A stretch of DNA of 64,000 nt from an uncultured Gammaproteobacteria bacterium (GTDB lineage Bacteria > Patescibacteriota > Microgenomatia > JALYQM01), in the NCBI GenBank assembly GCA_964535655.1, contig CAZHTP010000006.1, forward strand, positions 1,532 through 65,531, written 5' to 3'. This document shows positions 51,551 through 61,951 of this stretch, piece after piece; positions within the stretch are counted from its first letter, which is position 1, and every line of letters begins with the position of its first letter. The position numbers and the translations under genes are program-made. The notes below the pieces were generated by a model. That model made no database searches, had not been told where the DNA came from, and saw nothing but the letters and a program-made list of their open reading frames with translations.

Positions 51551-51750
51551 TAAAAAGGGGGTTTCTAGAAAAAACAATCTGTGTCTGAAGAAAGACGATA
51601 CTACAAACATCTCACATCAAATTGAAAATTTACGAAAACTCGAACTCCAAACGATAATTTTCGGAAAAAACTGAATTGTTTCTACAAACAACCATCTTAC
51701 ACTTTTCTGCGAAAACTCGAGCGTAAAAATGGGGTTTCCTCAAAAAAAAT
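51551..51750 (+). repeat. Two pairs of about 20-nt direct repeats upstream of 51749 gene
   Basis: aaaaagggggtttctagaaaaaa vs aaaaatggggtttcctcaaaaaaaa. cgaaaactcgaac vs cgaaaactcgagc. Confidence 0.3.
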
Positions 51751-52435
51751 GAAATGTTTTTACCATGATAAAATCAAAAATATACAAGACAAAATGACAA
51801 ACCCAACCGAAAAAGAAAAATCTCACATAGAGTTTTTCGGCATTATATTTGGCAAGGGATTCCCAGCCTCAAATAGTCGACTCTACCCTCACGATAGACT
51901 ATTAGCGTTATTAAATGTGAATCCTAAAATGGATCACGAAATTTATAATTATTGCAAAAACCACCTATTTATACCTCGCGACGTTACCAACGGACTAGTT
52001 CAAGGCTTTATAAAAGAACAAGCCGAAATCAAGAAAGCCGTCGAAAAACTTATGTCCAATCAACCTACAAAACAATCACTCAGTAAAATAACCAAAAATA
52101 TAAGTACGATCAAGCAAGTTAAAGGCGCTTTGCCAAAAAGTTCTTTGGTAAACTACAACTTAGCAATAGGAGAAAAAGATGGCGATGACGATTATTTAGC
52201 TGAAATGGTAGAAGATAACGTCGAGACAATCATATCTCACCACAAAGGTACTATTGCATCAATCTGGGAGGATATCGCTAACATGCAAATAACTCAAAAA
52301 ATACCAATCAATTGCCTCGAATGCACAAAATACTTTATTCCAACCGGCAGAGGACGCACGCAGCTTTATTGTAGTCAGAAATGTTCCAACAATGCCAACC
52401 ATCTGAAACGATACGCAGAAAAAAAGATCACTTAA
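51749..52435 (+). CDS. Hypothetical protein with C-terminal zinc ribbon
   Basis: CLEC...CSQKC. Confidence 0.4.
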   Translation: MKCFYHDKIKNIQDKMTNPTEKEKSHIEFFGIIFGKGFPASNSRLYPHDRLLALLNVNPKMDHEIYNYCKNHLFIPRDVTNGLVQGFIKEQAEIKKAVEKLMSNQPTKQSLSKITKNISTIKQVKGALPKSSLVNYNLAIGEKDGDDDYLAEMVEDNVETIISHHKGTIASIWEDIANMQITQKIPINCLECTKYFIPTGRGRTQLYCSQKCSNNANHLKRYAEKKIT

Positions 52436-52514
52436 CGTAAAATTTTTTCCTAAGCTCAAAATCTCCCTGTTATTCTCCCTCATCACTTCCAAGTAGGCAT
52501 CCTACAATGCCACT

Positions 52515-52754
52515 ATGACAACACAAGATACATACAAAACAAAAGATATTTTCGAAGCCTCATGGATTCACTCACAAGACAATCCTCTTATTCGACTTGA
52601 ACCAGACGGAAAATATTTCTGGTTTGTATTCCTCAATTGCGAAACCTGTCAAAATCTCTCCTCTGCATATTGGTCTCAAAAAGCAACCGGTAACATTAAG
52701 CAATTTGTGAATAGTCTCAAAACTGTTAAAGATTTAGTCTTTTCACAAAAGTAA
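52515..52754 (+). CDS. Hypothetical small protein
   Basis: 79-aa ORF in a co-oriented phage-like gene string. Confidence 0.3.
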   Translation: MTTQDTYKTKDIFEASWIHSQDNPLIRLEPDGKYFWFVFLNCETCQNLSSAYWSQKATGNIKQFVNSLKTVKDLVFSQK

Positions 52755-52799
52755 CAAATGGTTGGATAGAACACAAAAAATACACAAGGAGACAAAAGT

Positions 52800-54461
52800 A
52801 TGAATGAAGATAAAAACACGCCTATCGAGAAAAGTGGTCAATTTGAAAATAGCTCATCCAAAAAAGTATTTGCACAAATGATGGATATCACTACAGAATC
52901 CAACGCTGAACTCTTTTTAGATGAGCAGAGCGAACCCCACATAGCTTTTCCAGAAAAGCCTATCGGAGCATATCGCTTAGAAGGAACTCATTTCAAACAA
53001 TGGATGGCTGCCAAATTTTGGGGAAAACACCAAAATGGATTCGCCAATGAAACATGGTCAGCAATAATAAATACCCTATCAGGCAAGGCTCTCCACGAAA
53101 AAAATATCCTACACCAGTACAACAGGGTCGCTAAAATCAACAATACAATCTATTACGACCTTGGAGATGACCAAAATATAGTAAAGATTACCTCAACCGA
53201 ATGGAATATACAAAAAACATGTCCAGTAAAGTTTAAACGTCATAAGCATCAAAAAATACAAGTTCTACCTATAATTGGTGGGCAAATCCAAGACATACTC
53301 AAATACGTCAACATACAAAACAACAATGACCAGCTTTTATTTCTCACATACTTAGTAATCATACTAATTCCCGATATACCACGAGTACTCTTAGTTATCA
53401 CGGGCAACCAAGGAGCAGCAAAAAGCACTACTCTACGACTAGTACGTTCACTGATCGATCCAAGTGAAGCTGAGTTATTGCATCTCTCCAATGATCCCAA
53501 CACTCTAGCCCAAATAGCTAACCAACATTATTGCCTGTATTTTGATAATCTCTCACAGCTTCGAAGTGACACCTCTGATATCTTTTGTGAACTCATAACT
53601 GGAACATCTTTTACTAAAAGAAAGCTTTATACTGACGATGGCGAAATCATCCACACCCAAAAATCTGCCATAGGGGTCACAGGCATAAATCAAATAGCTG
53701 AAAAACCAGATCTTCTTGATCGATCACTCATACTCTCCCTTGAACGAATACCAACAGAACAACGACTTGAAGAAAGTAAATTCTGGGAAGCATTTAACGA
53801 CGAAAAGCCGTATATCCTCGGAGCGATATTTACCCTATTAAGTAAAAGTCTTCAAACAATCAACTCGTTTGAGCTAAAGCATAAACCACGCATGGCTGAT
53901 TATGCCAAATTTGCAGCAGCCGCATCCCTATCGATGGGACATACTCAAGAAAATTTTATTGAAGCTTTCAAACAAAATATAGCTCGACAAAACGAGGCAG
54001 CTATAGATTCTTCACCATTAGCACAAGTAATTATCCATTTCATGAAGGATAAAAGCTTATGGTCAGGTCATAGCACAGATTTATACAAAGAACTATCTAA
54101 GGTAGCCCAGAGTTTACAAATCGATAACCAAAGCTTTCCGCGAGGTGAGAACTGGTTAAAAAGAAGGATTAACTCCATTAGGATAAATCTAGAAGCTCTC
54201 GGAATCGAAGTTACTTATCATCGAGACAGCACAGCAAACTCGATTACTTTAAAAAAACATATCGATCAAAATACTTCCACTACTCCCATACCACCATTTC
54301 TCACTCCTGACTGCAATAACATCCCTGTTGATATTTCCAATAATACCAACATGCAAAAAGGCGCTTGCAACAATCAGGATGATGGCATGGAAGCAGTGGA
54401 AGTAAAAACACTACCAATTGACGAAGAGGAACTCGCCGAGATCTTATCAGAATTAGAATAG
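52800..54461 (+). CDS. VirE / phage-plasmid primase-helicase-like P-loop ATPase (SF3-type)
   Basis: Walker A ITGNQGAAKSTT. Walker B-like CLYFDN. 553 aa. Confidence 0.6.
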   Translation: MNEDKNTPIEKSGQFENSSSKKVFAQMMDITTESNAELFLDEQSEPHIAFPEKPIGAYRLEGTHFKQWMAAKFWGKHQNGFANETWSAIINTLSGKALHEKNILHQYNRVAKINNTIYYDLGDDQNIVKITSTEWNIQKTCPVKFKRHKHQKIQVLPIIGGQIQDILKYVNIQNNNDQLLFLTYLVIILIPDIPRVLLVITGNQGAAKSTTLRLVRSLIDPSEAELLHLSNDPNTLAQIANQHYCLYFDNLSQLRSDTSDIFCELITGTSFTKRKLYTDDGEIIHTQKSAIGVTGINQIAEKPDLLDRSLILSLERIPTEQRLEESKFWEAFNDEKPYILGAIFTLLSKSLQTINSFELKHKPRMADYAKFAAAASLSMGHTQENFIEAFKQNIARQNEAAIDSSPLAQVIIHFMKDKSLWSGHSTDLYKELSKVAQSLQIDNQSFPRGENWLKRRINSIRINLEALGIEVTYHRDSTANSITLKKHIDQNTSTTPIPPFLTPDCNNIPVDISNNTNMQKGACNNQDDGMEAVEVKTLPIDEEELAEILSELE

Positions 54462-54687
54462 TATAAAACAGAATTATTGAGTAAATAAAAGTTGAGTCAG
54501 ATATGAGAAAACCAACCATCACATCTACTATAAAACTTCAAGTTATCCTTGAAAAACGGCTCAATCGAAAAGTAACTGAGCAAGAAATTCAAGAGGCCTA
54601 CAACACACTAATGGATTTTGCTTTCGCAATCTACGACTTAACCTCTGAGAGAAAAACAGCCCCAACCTAATAAACAAAATCCAGTTC

Positions 54688-54906
54688 TTGCGGCTCGATG
54701 ATGTAATGTTATTTAATGATGACAAAGGTTTAAGTATGAAAAAAGGTTTAATAACTATTAAAGAAGCCGCAGAACTCTTCGGAGTTCATCCATCTACGCT
54801 CAGACGATGGGACAAAATTGGTAAATTAAAAGCAACCAGACATCCCATGAGCAATTATCGTTTATACAGAATAATTGATGTAGAAAAAATAACGGAGAAA
54901 ATATGA
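54688..54906 (+). CDS. Excisionase/MerR-like HTH DNA-binding protein
   Basis: ITIKEAAELFGVHPSTLRRWDKIGKL. Confidence 0.65.
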   Translation: MRLDDVMLFNDDKGLSMKKGLITIKEAAELFGVHPSTLRRWDKIGKLKATRHPMSNYRLYRIIDVEKITEKI

Positions 54907-56443
54907 ATACCCCTTTACGAGAATATTATCTGACATACGAACGAGTCAGTACCGACGACCAAGTAAAAACACAATCGTGTAACGATCAGAAATTAGTGAA
55001 TGACCGGTATATAAATTCAAATGGCTGGAAACTTGCAGACAACGCTGATTACCGAGACGAAGGTATACCCGGGAGCACCTTGGAGAGACCAAGCTTACAG
55101 GACTTAATCATTAGATGTAGCGAAGACAAAACTATAGTTGCGGTAGTAATAACAGAGTCCGACCGTTTAGCCCGAGGCAACATAAGTTATATATTTATAC
55201 GCGAAGCACTTAAAAATGTGGCGTAAAAGTCATCGCAGTAACTCAACCAATGATCGACGATAGCGATGAAGGTGAAATGCTTGGTGAAATAATTGGCGCA
55301 GTCAATGGATTCCTCTCAAAAATGACACGCCGTAAATCGATGCGCGCACTAGATGAGAAAGCCGCTCGCGGTTGGTACCCATCTCTTGCCCCTGTTGGAT
55401 ATATAAATGTTAATATCGGCACAGAAGATACTCCTGAACGAATTATCAAAATTAACGAAGAACAAGCTCCCTATCTACGCCAAATACCTCACTTATATAA
55501 CCAAGGTTATGGATACGCAGAAATAGCAATTCAACTACATAATCAAGGTCTACGAAGCCTCAGAGGGAATAAAGTCTCACATAACGAAATTCGTAAAATA
55601 TTATTCAGCGATTTCTATCTTGGAGAATTTGAATGGCGTGGTAAACGTTACAAGGGTAATCATACCCCTCTCTTTGAGTTCTTCGAAGTCCAAAAAGCGC
55701 GCCAACGCTCAAAAGAAAAAGGCCATCTCCACCCAACAGAAAAATTCCGTGACAAGTTCATTTTTAAACGCCTCAACTTTCACTGTGGCGAGTGCCTTGA
55801 GTGCAAGGTTACGGCGGAACTCAAAATAAAACACTATAAAAAACGCACCGCCGAATACATACTCTACCACTGTTCCAAGTCCAGAGGCGGGTGGAAAACC
55901 TGTAGGCAAGGAATTATTAATCAAGACGATCTCATTATCCAGTTCGCAGAAAAAGTAGTAAAACCAATTGCAGTTGATGAAGAGCTAGCCGAATTTATGC
56001 TCGAAGAAATGGATCATGAATTCTCCAACAAAAAAGAAGAGCAAGAAAAACTTTCAATAGCAATTAACCGACGTTTAGGGCAATTAGACACCGAACTGAA
56101 AAATCTATTTGAAATGCGTATGCGCGGCCAAATATATAGCATGGGCGACAAGTCAGCTGACGAAGTATACGAAGGTTACCGTATGGAAAAAGAAAATGAA
56201 CGCAAACGACTAGTTATAAGCAAAGAAAAGCTACTCCAAAGCAATGGGGACTGGAAAAAGAAGGCTTCGAACTTCTTTTTAATGCTCAATGACGCCGTAA
56301 ATAGATTTTTAAATGCTGCACAGGAAAAACAATTCAATTTTCTAAACAAAGTAACTTCGAACTTGTTACTACTGGATAAAAACATCATTGTAACGCACAA
56401 ATTTCCATTTTCAGAGTTACAAAAATGCCCTCTTATCTATTAA
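54903..56443 (+). CDS. Large serine recombinase (integrase) interrupted by a -1 frameshift in an A5 run near 55213-55217
   Basis: N-terminal YERVSTDDQ resolvase catalytic motif. Reading ...ALKKCGVKVIAVTQP is restored by adding one A. Recombinase domain plus coiled-coil C-terminus. Confidence 0.8.
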
Positions 56444-56606
56444 TTAGCGATTGACTCCCGAGCCCAAGCGATAATATAAAATTCAACTCAAAGCTAGAAC
56501 GAGCTACAAACAATATCCTTAATGTCTTCAAAGATACCACATATGCTATACAACTGAAAATGAGATGGGAGTCAATAAAAAACATACACAGCAAAGCTAC
56601 ACAAAA

Positions 56607-57506
56607 CTACTGAAGCACTTGTTGCTCATCGTCAATATAGAAGTTGAGAGGTTTCGCCTGCATATTCTCACAATAGTATATAACCTGACCTGTAATACGC
56701 TCCCCATGTTTAACCCTATACACTAAAGAACCAACTCTAATTGCAATATTATTAGGATGAATTACACCGATGTTTCCCTCACATGACACGGTAGGAATCC
56801 GATTCAAATGTGTGACATTAGATAACTCAGTTACACTTAGTATTTCCATATTAAGGGAAAATTTACACAGAAAACCATAATATTTTGCTACAGCTCTACC
56901 TTGGTTCGTAAATGTAAACACAAGCTCCCTTTGAGAATCATCACCTTTGATTGGGTTTAAACTCAATGACAAGTTTAGTAACGGCCTCTGCCTGCGTCCA
57001 AACATATCTTCAAGGTCAAAATGTTCTAATTTATAGAACCCTTCGGTACTACGCTTGTAATACTCTCTATCAGCCAACACTGCTCTATGCGGTGTTTTAT
57101 CACTACGAGGAATTAAACATTTAACGTAACCTGCACTGGATTTCTTTGAAACATAAATAGGTTCAATTCGGACATCATCTACAAAAGGCTGCACTGCATT
57201 TATGAGAATCTTTTTTAAGCTCTTAATAAATTCATCCAAGTCTTCAATGGGTTTTAAACTCTTTGCCGTCTCATTTTTTCCCCGCTCTAATCCCCAAACT
57301 AAAACACCCCCGTCAGAATTAGCAAAACCAGATAATGACTTAGAGAAATTCTTCTTATCATCGTCACTCAATTTTCCGTCTCGCCTGTCAGACTTTTCTT
57401 TAAACTCCAAATACAAGTCTTCTCGGACTTTATCTTTTACTAACCTCCGTAAATCTAATTGTGAAGACAGCGATTGGTAGAATCGAAATATGTCATCAAC
57501 TTGCAT
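56607..57506 (-). CDS. AlbA_2 / Schlafen-like (divergent AAA, putative DNA-binding) domain protein
   Basis: FANSDGGVLVWGLERG motif. Last gene of the minus-strand operon. Confidence 0.55.
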   Translation of the reverse strand: MQVDDIFRFYQSLSSQLDLRRLVKDKVREDLYLEFKEKSDRRDGKLSDDDKKNFSKSLSGFANSDGGVLVWGLERGKNETAKSLKPIEDLDEFIKSLKKILINAVQPFVDDVRIEPIYVSKKSSAGYVKCLIPRSDKTPHRAVLADREYYKRSTEGFYKLEHFDLEDMFGRRQRPLLNLSLSLNPIKGDDSQRELVFTFTNQGRAVAKYYGFLCKFSLNMEILSVTELSNVTHLNRIPTVSCEGNIGVIHPNNIAIRVGSLVYRVKHGERITGQVIYYCENMQAKPLNFYIDDEQQVLQ

Positions 57507-58158
57507 AGTTATTTAATTCAAACACCTCACCATAAAATTCAATTTTGTCATCATGAACCACAATTCCACTACCATCAGGGCAACCATAAATCGTATTAGT
57601 AGCTCCACGAACAAACTCCTCTACATATCGTCCTTTTGTGTCCGTCACGAAATGTGGTACAAACTCAAAGTTAACTAAACCTAGTCCTGTAAAATCTGAC
57701 AGGCCTAGTTCATTAAGTGCATCAAAGTCACCTTTATGCTGATGATAGATAGCAGTAGTACGTATTGTCGGAGTCATAATCATAGAACCTGCACTCACAC
57801 CAATTAATGTCGTGTTGTCTCTACGGGCATAATCTTTCAATTTATCCATCAATCCACGGACTTTAAGGTTATAAAGAAAACGAAAAGTGTTACCACCAGA
57901 TAGATATATAACATCAGACAAAAACAGGTTGTGTATTGCATTAGGGTCAAAGTCTTCATCAACGTCGAAGTAGGTATAGTTGTGGAAACCGTACTTAGAA
58001 TAATAATCCTTAAAGCGTGTGTAATACTTACCTTCCTTATCAGATTTTGCAGGAATAAAGGCAATGGAAGCATCTATACTACCCACCATTTGAACAAATG
58101 CTACGTCCAACTTTTCACTAACTGAATTATCACCACCGCTATACAGGACCAAATTCAT
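57496..58158 (-). CDS. pepE: Peptidase E (S51 family alpha-aspartyl dipeptidase)
   Basis: SGGNTFRFL, SAGS, PTIRTT, DFDALNELG, VPHF line up with the PepE catalytic triad regions. Confidence 0.8.
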   Translation of the reverse strand: MNLVLYSGGDNSVSEKLDVAFVQMVGSIDASIAFIPAKSDKEGKYYTRFKDYYSKYGFHNYTYFDVDEDFDPNAIHNLFLSDVIYLSGGNTFRFLYNLKVRGLMDKLKDYARRDNTTLIGVSAGSMIMTPTIRTTAIYHQHKGDFDALNELGLSDFTGLGLVNFEFVPHFVTDTKGRYVEEFVRGATNTIYGCPDGSGIVVHDDKIEFYGEVFELNNYAS

Positions 58159-58165
58159 ATATTTT

Positions 58166-58774
58166 CTACTCCATCAAATGGGCAGTATCATTAACTACAA
58201 CTTCGGAATATACACCGCTTTCATATTCAAATATTGTCACAGAAGCATTTTCAAAGTCATACTTCAAACTCACTTCTTTAGGTGTATCTTTTAAGATAGG
58301 CATTAAACCTCTCAATGCTCCTCCATGAGTAACAATTGCAATTGCATAAACTTGCTTAGCCTCTCCACCTGCGACTATGTTATCAACACACTGTTTCAGT
58401 CGTGTTTCCATTTGTTGCCATGATTCGCCAGAAGGTGGAATAAAAGTATACCTTTGTTGGATATTCATTGTGTCCAATTCGTTTTTTATTTCTGTCCAAG
58501 TTCTACCTCCCCATTCACCCCAATTACGTTCATGCAATGCATTTGTAGGATTATTTTTAATACCTAATCCTACTGCGATAATTTCAGCTGTTTGTTTAGC
58601 TCTGTTTTCATTGGAAGAATAGAGCATTTGAACACCGTGGTCTTTACAAACTCGTATAAGCTTCTGTGCTTGAAGCAGTCCCAACTCACTTAAACCAGCG
58701 TCATCATTTAAAGTATGCATCGAACCAGATGCATTAACTTCAGTTTGTCCGTGGCGGATAAGTAATAACTTCAT
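58166..58774 (-). CDS. Histidine phosphatase (phosphoglycerate mutase-like) family protein
   Basis: LIRHGQTEVN catalytic RHG motif. Downstream His in TWEIVTHG. Confidence 0.8.
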   Translation of the reverse strand: MKLLLIRHGQTEVNASGSMHTLNDDAGLSELGLLQAQKLIRVCKDHGVQMLYSSNENRAKQTAEIIAVGLGIKNNPTNALHERNWGEWGGRTWTEIKNELDTMNIQQRYTFIPPSGESWQQMETRLKQCVDNIVAGGEAKQVYAIAIVTHGGALRGLMPILKDTPKEVSLKYDFENASVTIFEYESGVYSEVVVNDTAHLME

Positions 58775-58789
58775 GTTTAAACTACCAAA

Positions 58790-59344
58790 CTACGTTAAAT
58801 TAATAATACATCTCGTTTCGTGTAAGTCGAAATCATCTCGCTTATCAACTTTAGTTTTACCTTCCACAGTCCATCCTTTCTTCTCATAAAATCGACGAGT
58901 TTTTTCATTCGTATCGAGTACCCACAACGTAGCTTTCTCATATCCATCTTTCCTAAGCACATTCAATGCGTATTCCATTAATGACGAACCTAAACCTTTT
59001 CCAATAAAATCAGGATGAATATATATACCGTACAACTCACCAATTTCCGGTGTAACGTCCTCATCTCGTGTTTTACCCACAGTACACCAACCAACAATCT
59101 GTCCATCTACTTCCACAACAAACGAATGTCGACCTTCGGGTGGCTCTTGTAATTGTTTCCTCCAACTTTCAGTTCGCTTCTCAACAGATAGTCCATCAAG
59201 CAATGTATCGGGCATCTGACCACGGTATGCACATTGCCAAGTCTTAACATGAACAATGGCAATACCCTCTGCATCGTTAGGAGTAGCGTCACGGATAGTA
59301 AAATCACTCATGTTATTTTCCTTTGGCATTAATTGATTTTTCAT
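58790..59344 (-). CDS. GNAT family N-acetyltransferase
   Basis: Acetyl-CoA binding motif IHPDFIGKGLGSSLM. About 170 aa. Confidence 0.8.
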   Translation of the reverse strand: MKNQLMPKENNMSDFTIRDATPNDAEGIAIVHVKTWQCAYRGQMPDTLLDGLSVEKRTESWRKQLQEPPEGRHSFVVEVDGQIVGWCTVGKTRDEDVTPEIGELYGIYIHPDFIGKGLGSSLMEYALNVLRKDGYEKATLWVLDTNEKTRRFYEKKGWTVEGKTKVDKRDDFDLHETRCIINLT

Positions 59345-59651
59345 TTATACGGTTATTGAGTTCGTCTACGGTGGAAACAAACTCACTCTCTAAATCAATG
59401 TTCAATTCCTTTGCAAGAACCATAACCGACCATAGACAATCTGCTAACTCATGTGCAAGCTTTTTATCTACATCCGGTATATTGCGATAATTATTTTTAG
59501 CCATTATCAGTTTAACCAAGTCGCCCACATCACCAACAAATCCCTGCATGTACTCCGCACTTGTCCACTTCTTATTACCCTCAATTGCATTCAGCTCATC
59601 ATATGCATTCTTCACTGAAATTGCTTTATCCGATAAGTCTTTATAATCCAT
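59313..59651 (-). CDS. MazG-like all-alpha NTP pyrophosphohydrolase
   Basis: GFVGDVGDLVKLI ... HELADCLWSVMVLA metal-binding EExxE/D-like helices. Confidence 0.6.
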   Translation of the reverse strand: MDYKDLSDKAISVKNAYDELNAIEGNKKWTSAEYMQGFVGDVGDLVKLIMAKNNYRNIPDVDKKLAHELADCLWSVMVLAKELNIDLESEFVSTVDELNNRINEKSINAKGK

Positions 59652-59653
59652 AA

Positions 59654-60370
59654 TTACTCCTCAATTTTAGTATCGTTAATAACGTCATAGACAACATGAA
59701 TGTACGAGTTTTCTAAGACATCACATTTCACAAGGTTTAAAGCTTTCATCTTAAGCAAGTCGCTTTGAGTATGTAGTGACTGTCCATCAACTAACGTAGA
59801 GGTGTTTTTACCCCCTACAAGCACTGGTGCAAAAACAATAGAAACGCGGTCAATTAATCCTTGCCGCACCCACTCGGCATTAAGCGTACCGCCGGATTGA
59901 ATCGTAATTCTATCTACTCCATGTTCCGTTTTCAGCCGTACCAACAAATTACTCAAATCTACTTCATCTTGATACAACAAGGCTTCGATGTTTGGATACG
60001 AATCTTTTAACTGAAATGCTGGATGGTTCTGATTTGTTGTCACCAAGTATAAAGTCTTAACCCATTGTGTCAAATATGCTACACCTTTTTCATTTAAGTG
60101 AGGCTTGTTATCAATAATAATAAAACTACAGTCCATTTTCTTAGGGGGTGTAGTACGTTCATTGACCCCAATCTTTTGCATAACACGACCAGTATTTAAA
60201 GAGAAAGGGTCTGTCTGTTTTTCCAAATCATAGTATTGCTTTAAGCCTTCCTTAACGCCCACAATTCGCTTAAGGTCTTTGTCCACATCCAATTCATCAA
60301 CATCACCCGTAGAAATCTTTCCGTCCAACGACTCAATCATGAATAACGTAGTTTCAGGTCTATTTTTCAT
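59654..60370 (-). CDS. DHFR-fold reductase (RibD C-terminal domain family)
   Basis: LFMIESLDGKIS and ITIQSGGTLNAEWVRQGLIDRVSIVFAPVLVGG. Confidence 0.7.
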   Translation of the reverse strand: MKNRPETTLFMIESLDGKISTGDVDELDVDKDLKRIVGVKEGLKQYYDLEKQTDPFSLNTGRVMQKIGVNERTTPPKKMDCSFIIIDNKPHLNEKGVAYLTQWVKTLYLVTTNQNHPAFQLKDSYPNIEALLYQDEVDLSNLLVRLKTEHGVDRITIQSGGTLNAEWVRQGLIDRVSIVFAPVLVGGKNTSTLVDGQSLHTQSDLLKMKALNLVKCDVLENSYIHVVYDVINDTKIEE

Positions 60371-60969
60371 TATATTTGCTCCTTATTGGCATAGAAATCT
60401 ATTCTACTTTGAAACACTTTTTCAAACATCTCTTTAGCATAATCAGTAATAAGTAAGGGTTGCCGACGTTTCCGAAAACCATTCATAATCCGTTCGTTTG
60501 AATCCTTATCAAATGTTGGCGTAATAAACGAAACATCTAAACCACCGAGAGTGTCCGCTTCCATTAATATAAGTTCGTCAGTATCTTTTAACTCTTCTAA
60601 ACGGTCATGCATTGCAACTAAGTGTGCTATGCGAGCTTTTCGCTCATCAGATAAATAATCAAAAATTGAATCCTGTAAAAGTTTAGTAACATATTCAGCA
60701 GACAACTTAGCATGTAGCGGTTTTTCCTCTTTAACTCTATCCAAATTAATCGGTCGTCCATCTTGGAACAAACCAGCATAACCCCAATCATGAGCATATG
60801 CAGATATAATTAAAACATCTTCATCTAAATTAAGTTGAGAGTTACGCTTAAGGATTTCTTTGATATGGTGGACTACTCCTTGTGTATGAGGCTTATCAAA
60901 ATTAGGTCGACCACGTTCAAGTTCAGGGAATATATGTTCTTGTAAGAAATTTTCTGTAGCATTATTCAT
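60370..60969 (-). CDS. HD-domain phosphohydrolase (YfbR-like 5'-deoxynucleotidase size class)
   Basis: H...HH and AHDWGY HD motif. 199 aa. Confidence 0.6.
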   Translation of the reverse strand: MNNATENFLQEHIFPELERGRPNFDKPHTQGVVHHIKEILKRNSQLNLDEDVLIISAYAHDWGYAGLFQDGRPINLDRVKEEKPLHAKLSAEYVTKLLQDSIFDYLSDERKARIAHLVAMHDRLEELKDTDELILMEADTLGGLDVSFITPTFDKDSNERIMNGFRKRRQPLLITDYAKEMFEKVFQSRIDFYANKEQI

Positions 60970-60984
60970 AGGTTTGTTTTAGGT

Positions 60985-61470
60985 TTAGTTGATGGGACTC
61001 CAATTCCTAATATTCTTCATAAGTTCTCTGCATTCATCTCTCAAAACCCCACCTTCAACAGGTATACTTCGACCATCAAAGGTGACTAATCGTTTTCCAT
61101 GCTCCTCAGCATGATAATCCTTCAATTCATAAGGGTTTGGTTGTACATCTTCCTTATACGCTCCAAAAACAATACGAGATACTCCAGACCAACCAGCACA
61201 GCCCAAGCACATCGAACATGATTCTAATGTAGAATACAAAGTGCAACCCGATAAGTCTAAACTACCTAGCTTTTGACAGGCACTTCGTAAACATTCCGTT
61301 TCACCATGAGCAGACGGGTCTTTTTTAGGCCACACTAAACTCCATCCAGTAGAAATAACATTGTCATCCTTTACAAGAACTGCTCCAATCGGCGCGCCAC
61401 CAGCAGCTTGAGATTTTTTAGCTTCCTCAATCGCTAGTCCAATATATTTTTCATCAATGCTAGATTGCAT
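60985..61470 (-). CDS. CDA-fold nucleoside/nucleotide deaminase (TadA/dCMP-deaminase/RibD-N like)
   Basis: HGETE (HAE-like) and CSMCLGCA (PCxxC-like) zinc motifs. Likely start at MQSSIDEK. Confidence 0.7.
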   Translation of the reverse strand: MQSSIDEKYIGLAIEEAKKSQAAGGAPIGAVLVKDDNVISTGWSLVWPKKDPSAHGETECLRSACQKLGSLDLSGCTLYSTLESCSMCLGCAGWSGVSRIVFGAYKEDVQPNPYELKDYHAEEHGKRLVTFDGRSIPVEGGVLRDECRELMKNIRNWSPIN

Positions 61471-61951
61471 AAAAACTCTCCTTTGGTGCAATATCTTCAG
61501 GCAAAACCGCTCTACCACCATACAAATACTCTTCCAAACTCTTTGCGGTACGCCTTTTCTCTTCCTCTCTACCCAACATCAACAAACCGTCTCCTGCTGA
61601 CACACCAATACCCGTTTCCAACTTCATATTCCTAAAAATATTTACATCAACAAGTGGACCTGAACCCCACGAATCTAATTTGTCGAAAATCCACACGTCA
61701 GACATAACATCAATAGATTGCGCGTCCTTATCGTCAGAAGCTTCATCCCACAAAATCACAATATGATAAGCACCAACATAAAGAATTGCTTTATTTTCAG
61801 AGTACAATTTCGACAAGTGAGTATTTATACTATTAGGTTCATTTCTTGAAATTACTTTTTCAACACCAATACAGGGATAGACAATTATCGGCGTATCATT
61901 AATTTGAGTAGTAAAAGGTTTATAAAATCCAGCCATTAATATTCTCCTCAC
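61460..61951 (-). CDS. Possible nucleoside 2-deoxyribosyltransferase / DNPH1-like protein
   Basis: N-terminal RILMAGFYKPF resembles the NDT IYLAGPFF motif. Size about 160 aa. Confidence 0.3.
   Translation of the reverse strand: MRRILMAGFYKPFTTQINDTPIIVYPCIGVEKVISRNEPNSINTHLSKLYSENKAILYVGAYHIVILWDEASDDKDAQSIDVMSDVWIFDKLDSWGSGPLVDVNIFRNMKLETGIGVSAGDGLLMLGREEEKRRTAKSLEEYLYGGRAVLPEDIAPKESFYAI

Larger units (their letters stand above)
50280..56443 (+). mobile_element. Putative integrative element (repressor, replication ATPase, excisionase, serine integrase)
   Basis: Gene content and order. Divergent XRE. Recombinase at the right end. Boundaries uncertain. Confidence 0.4.
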
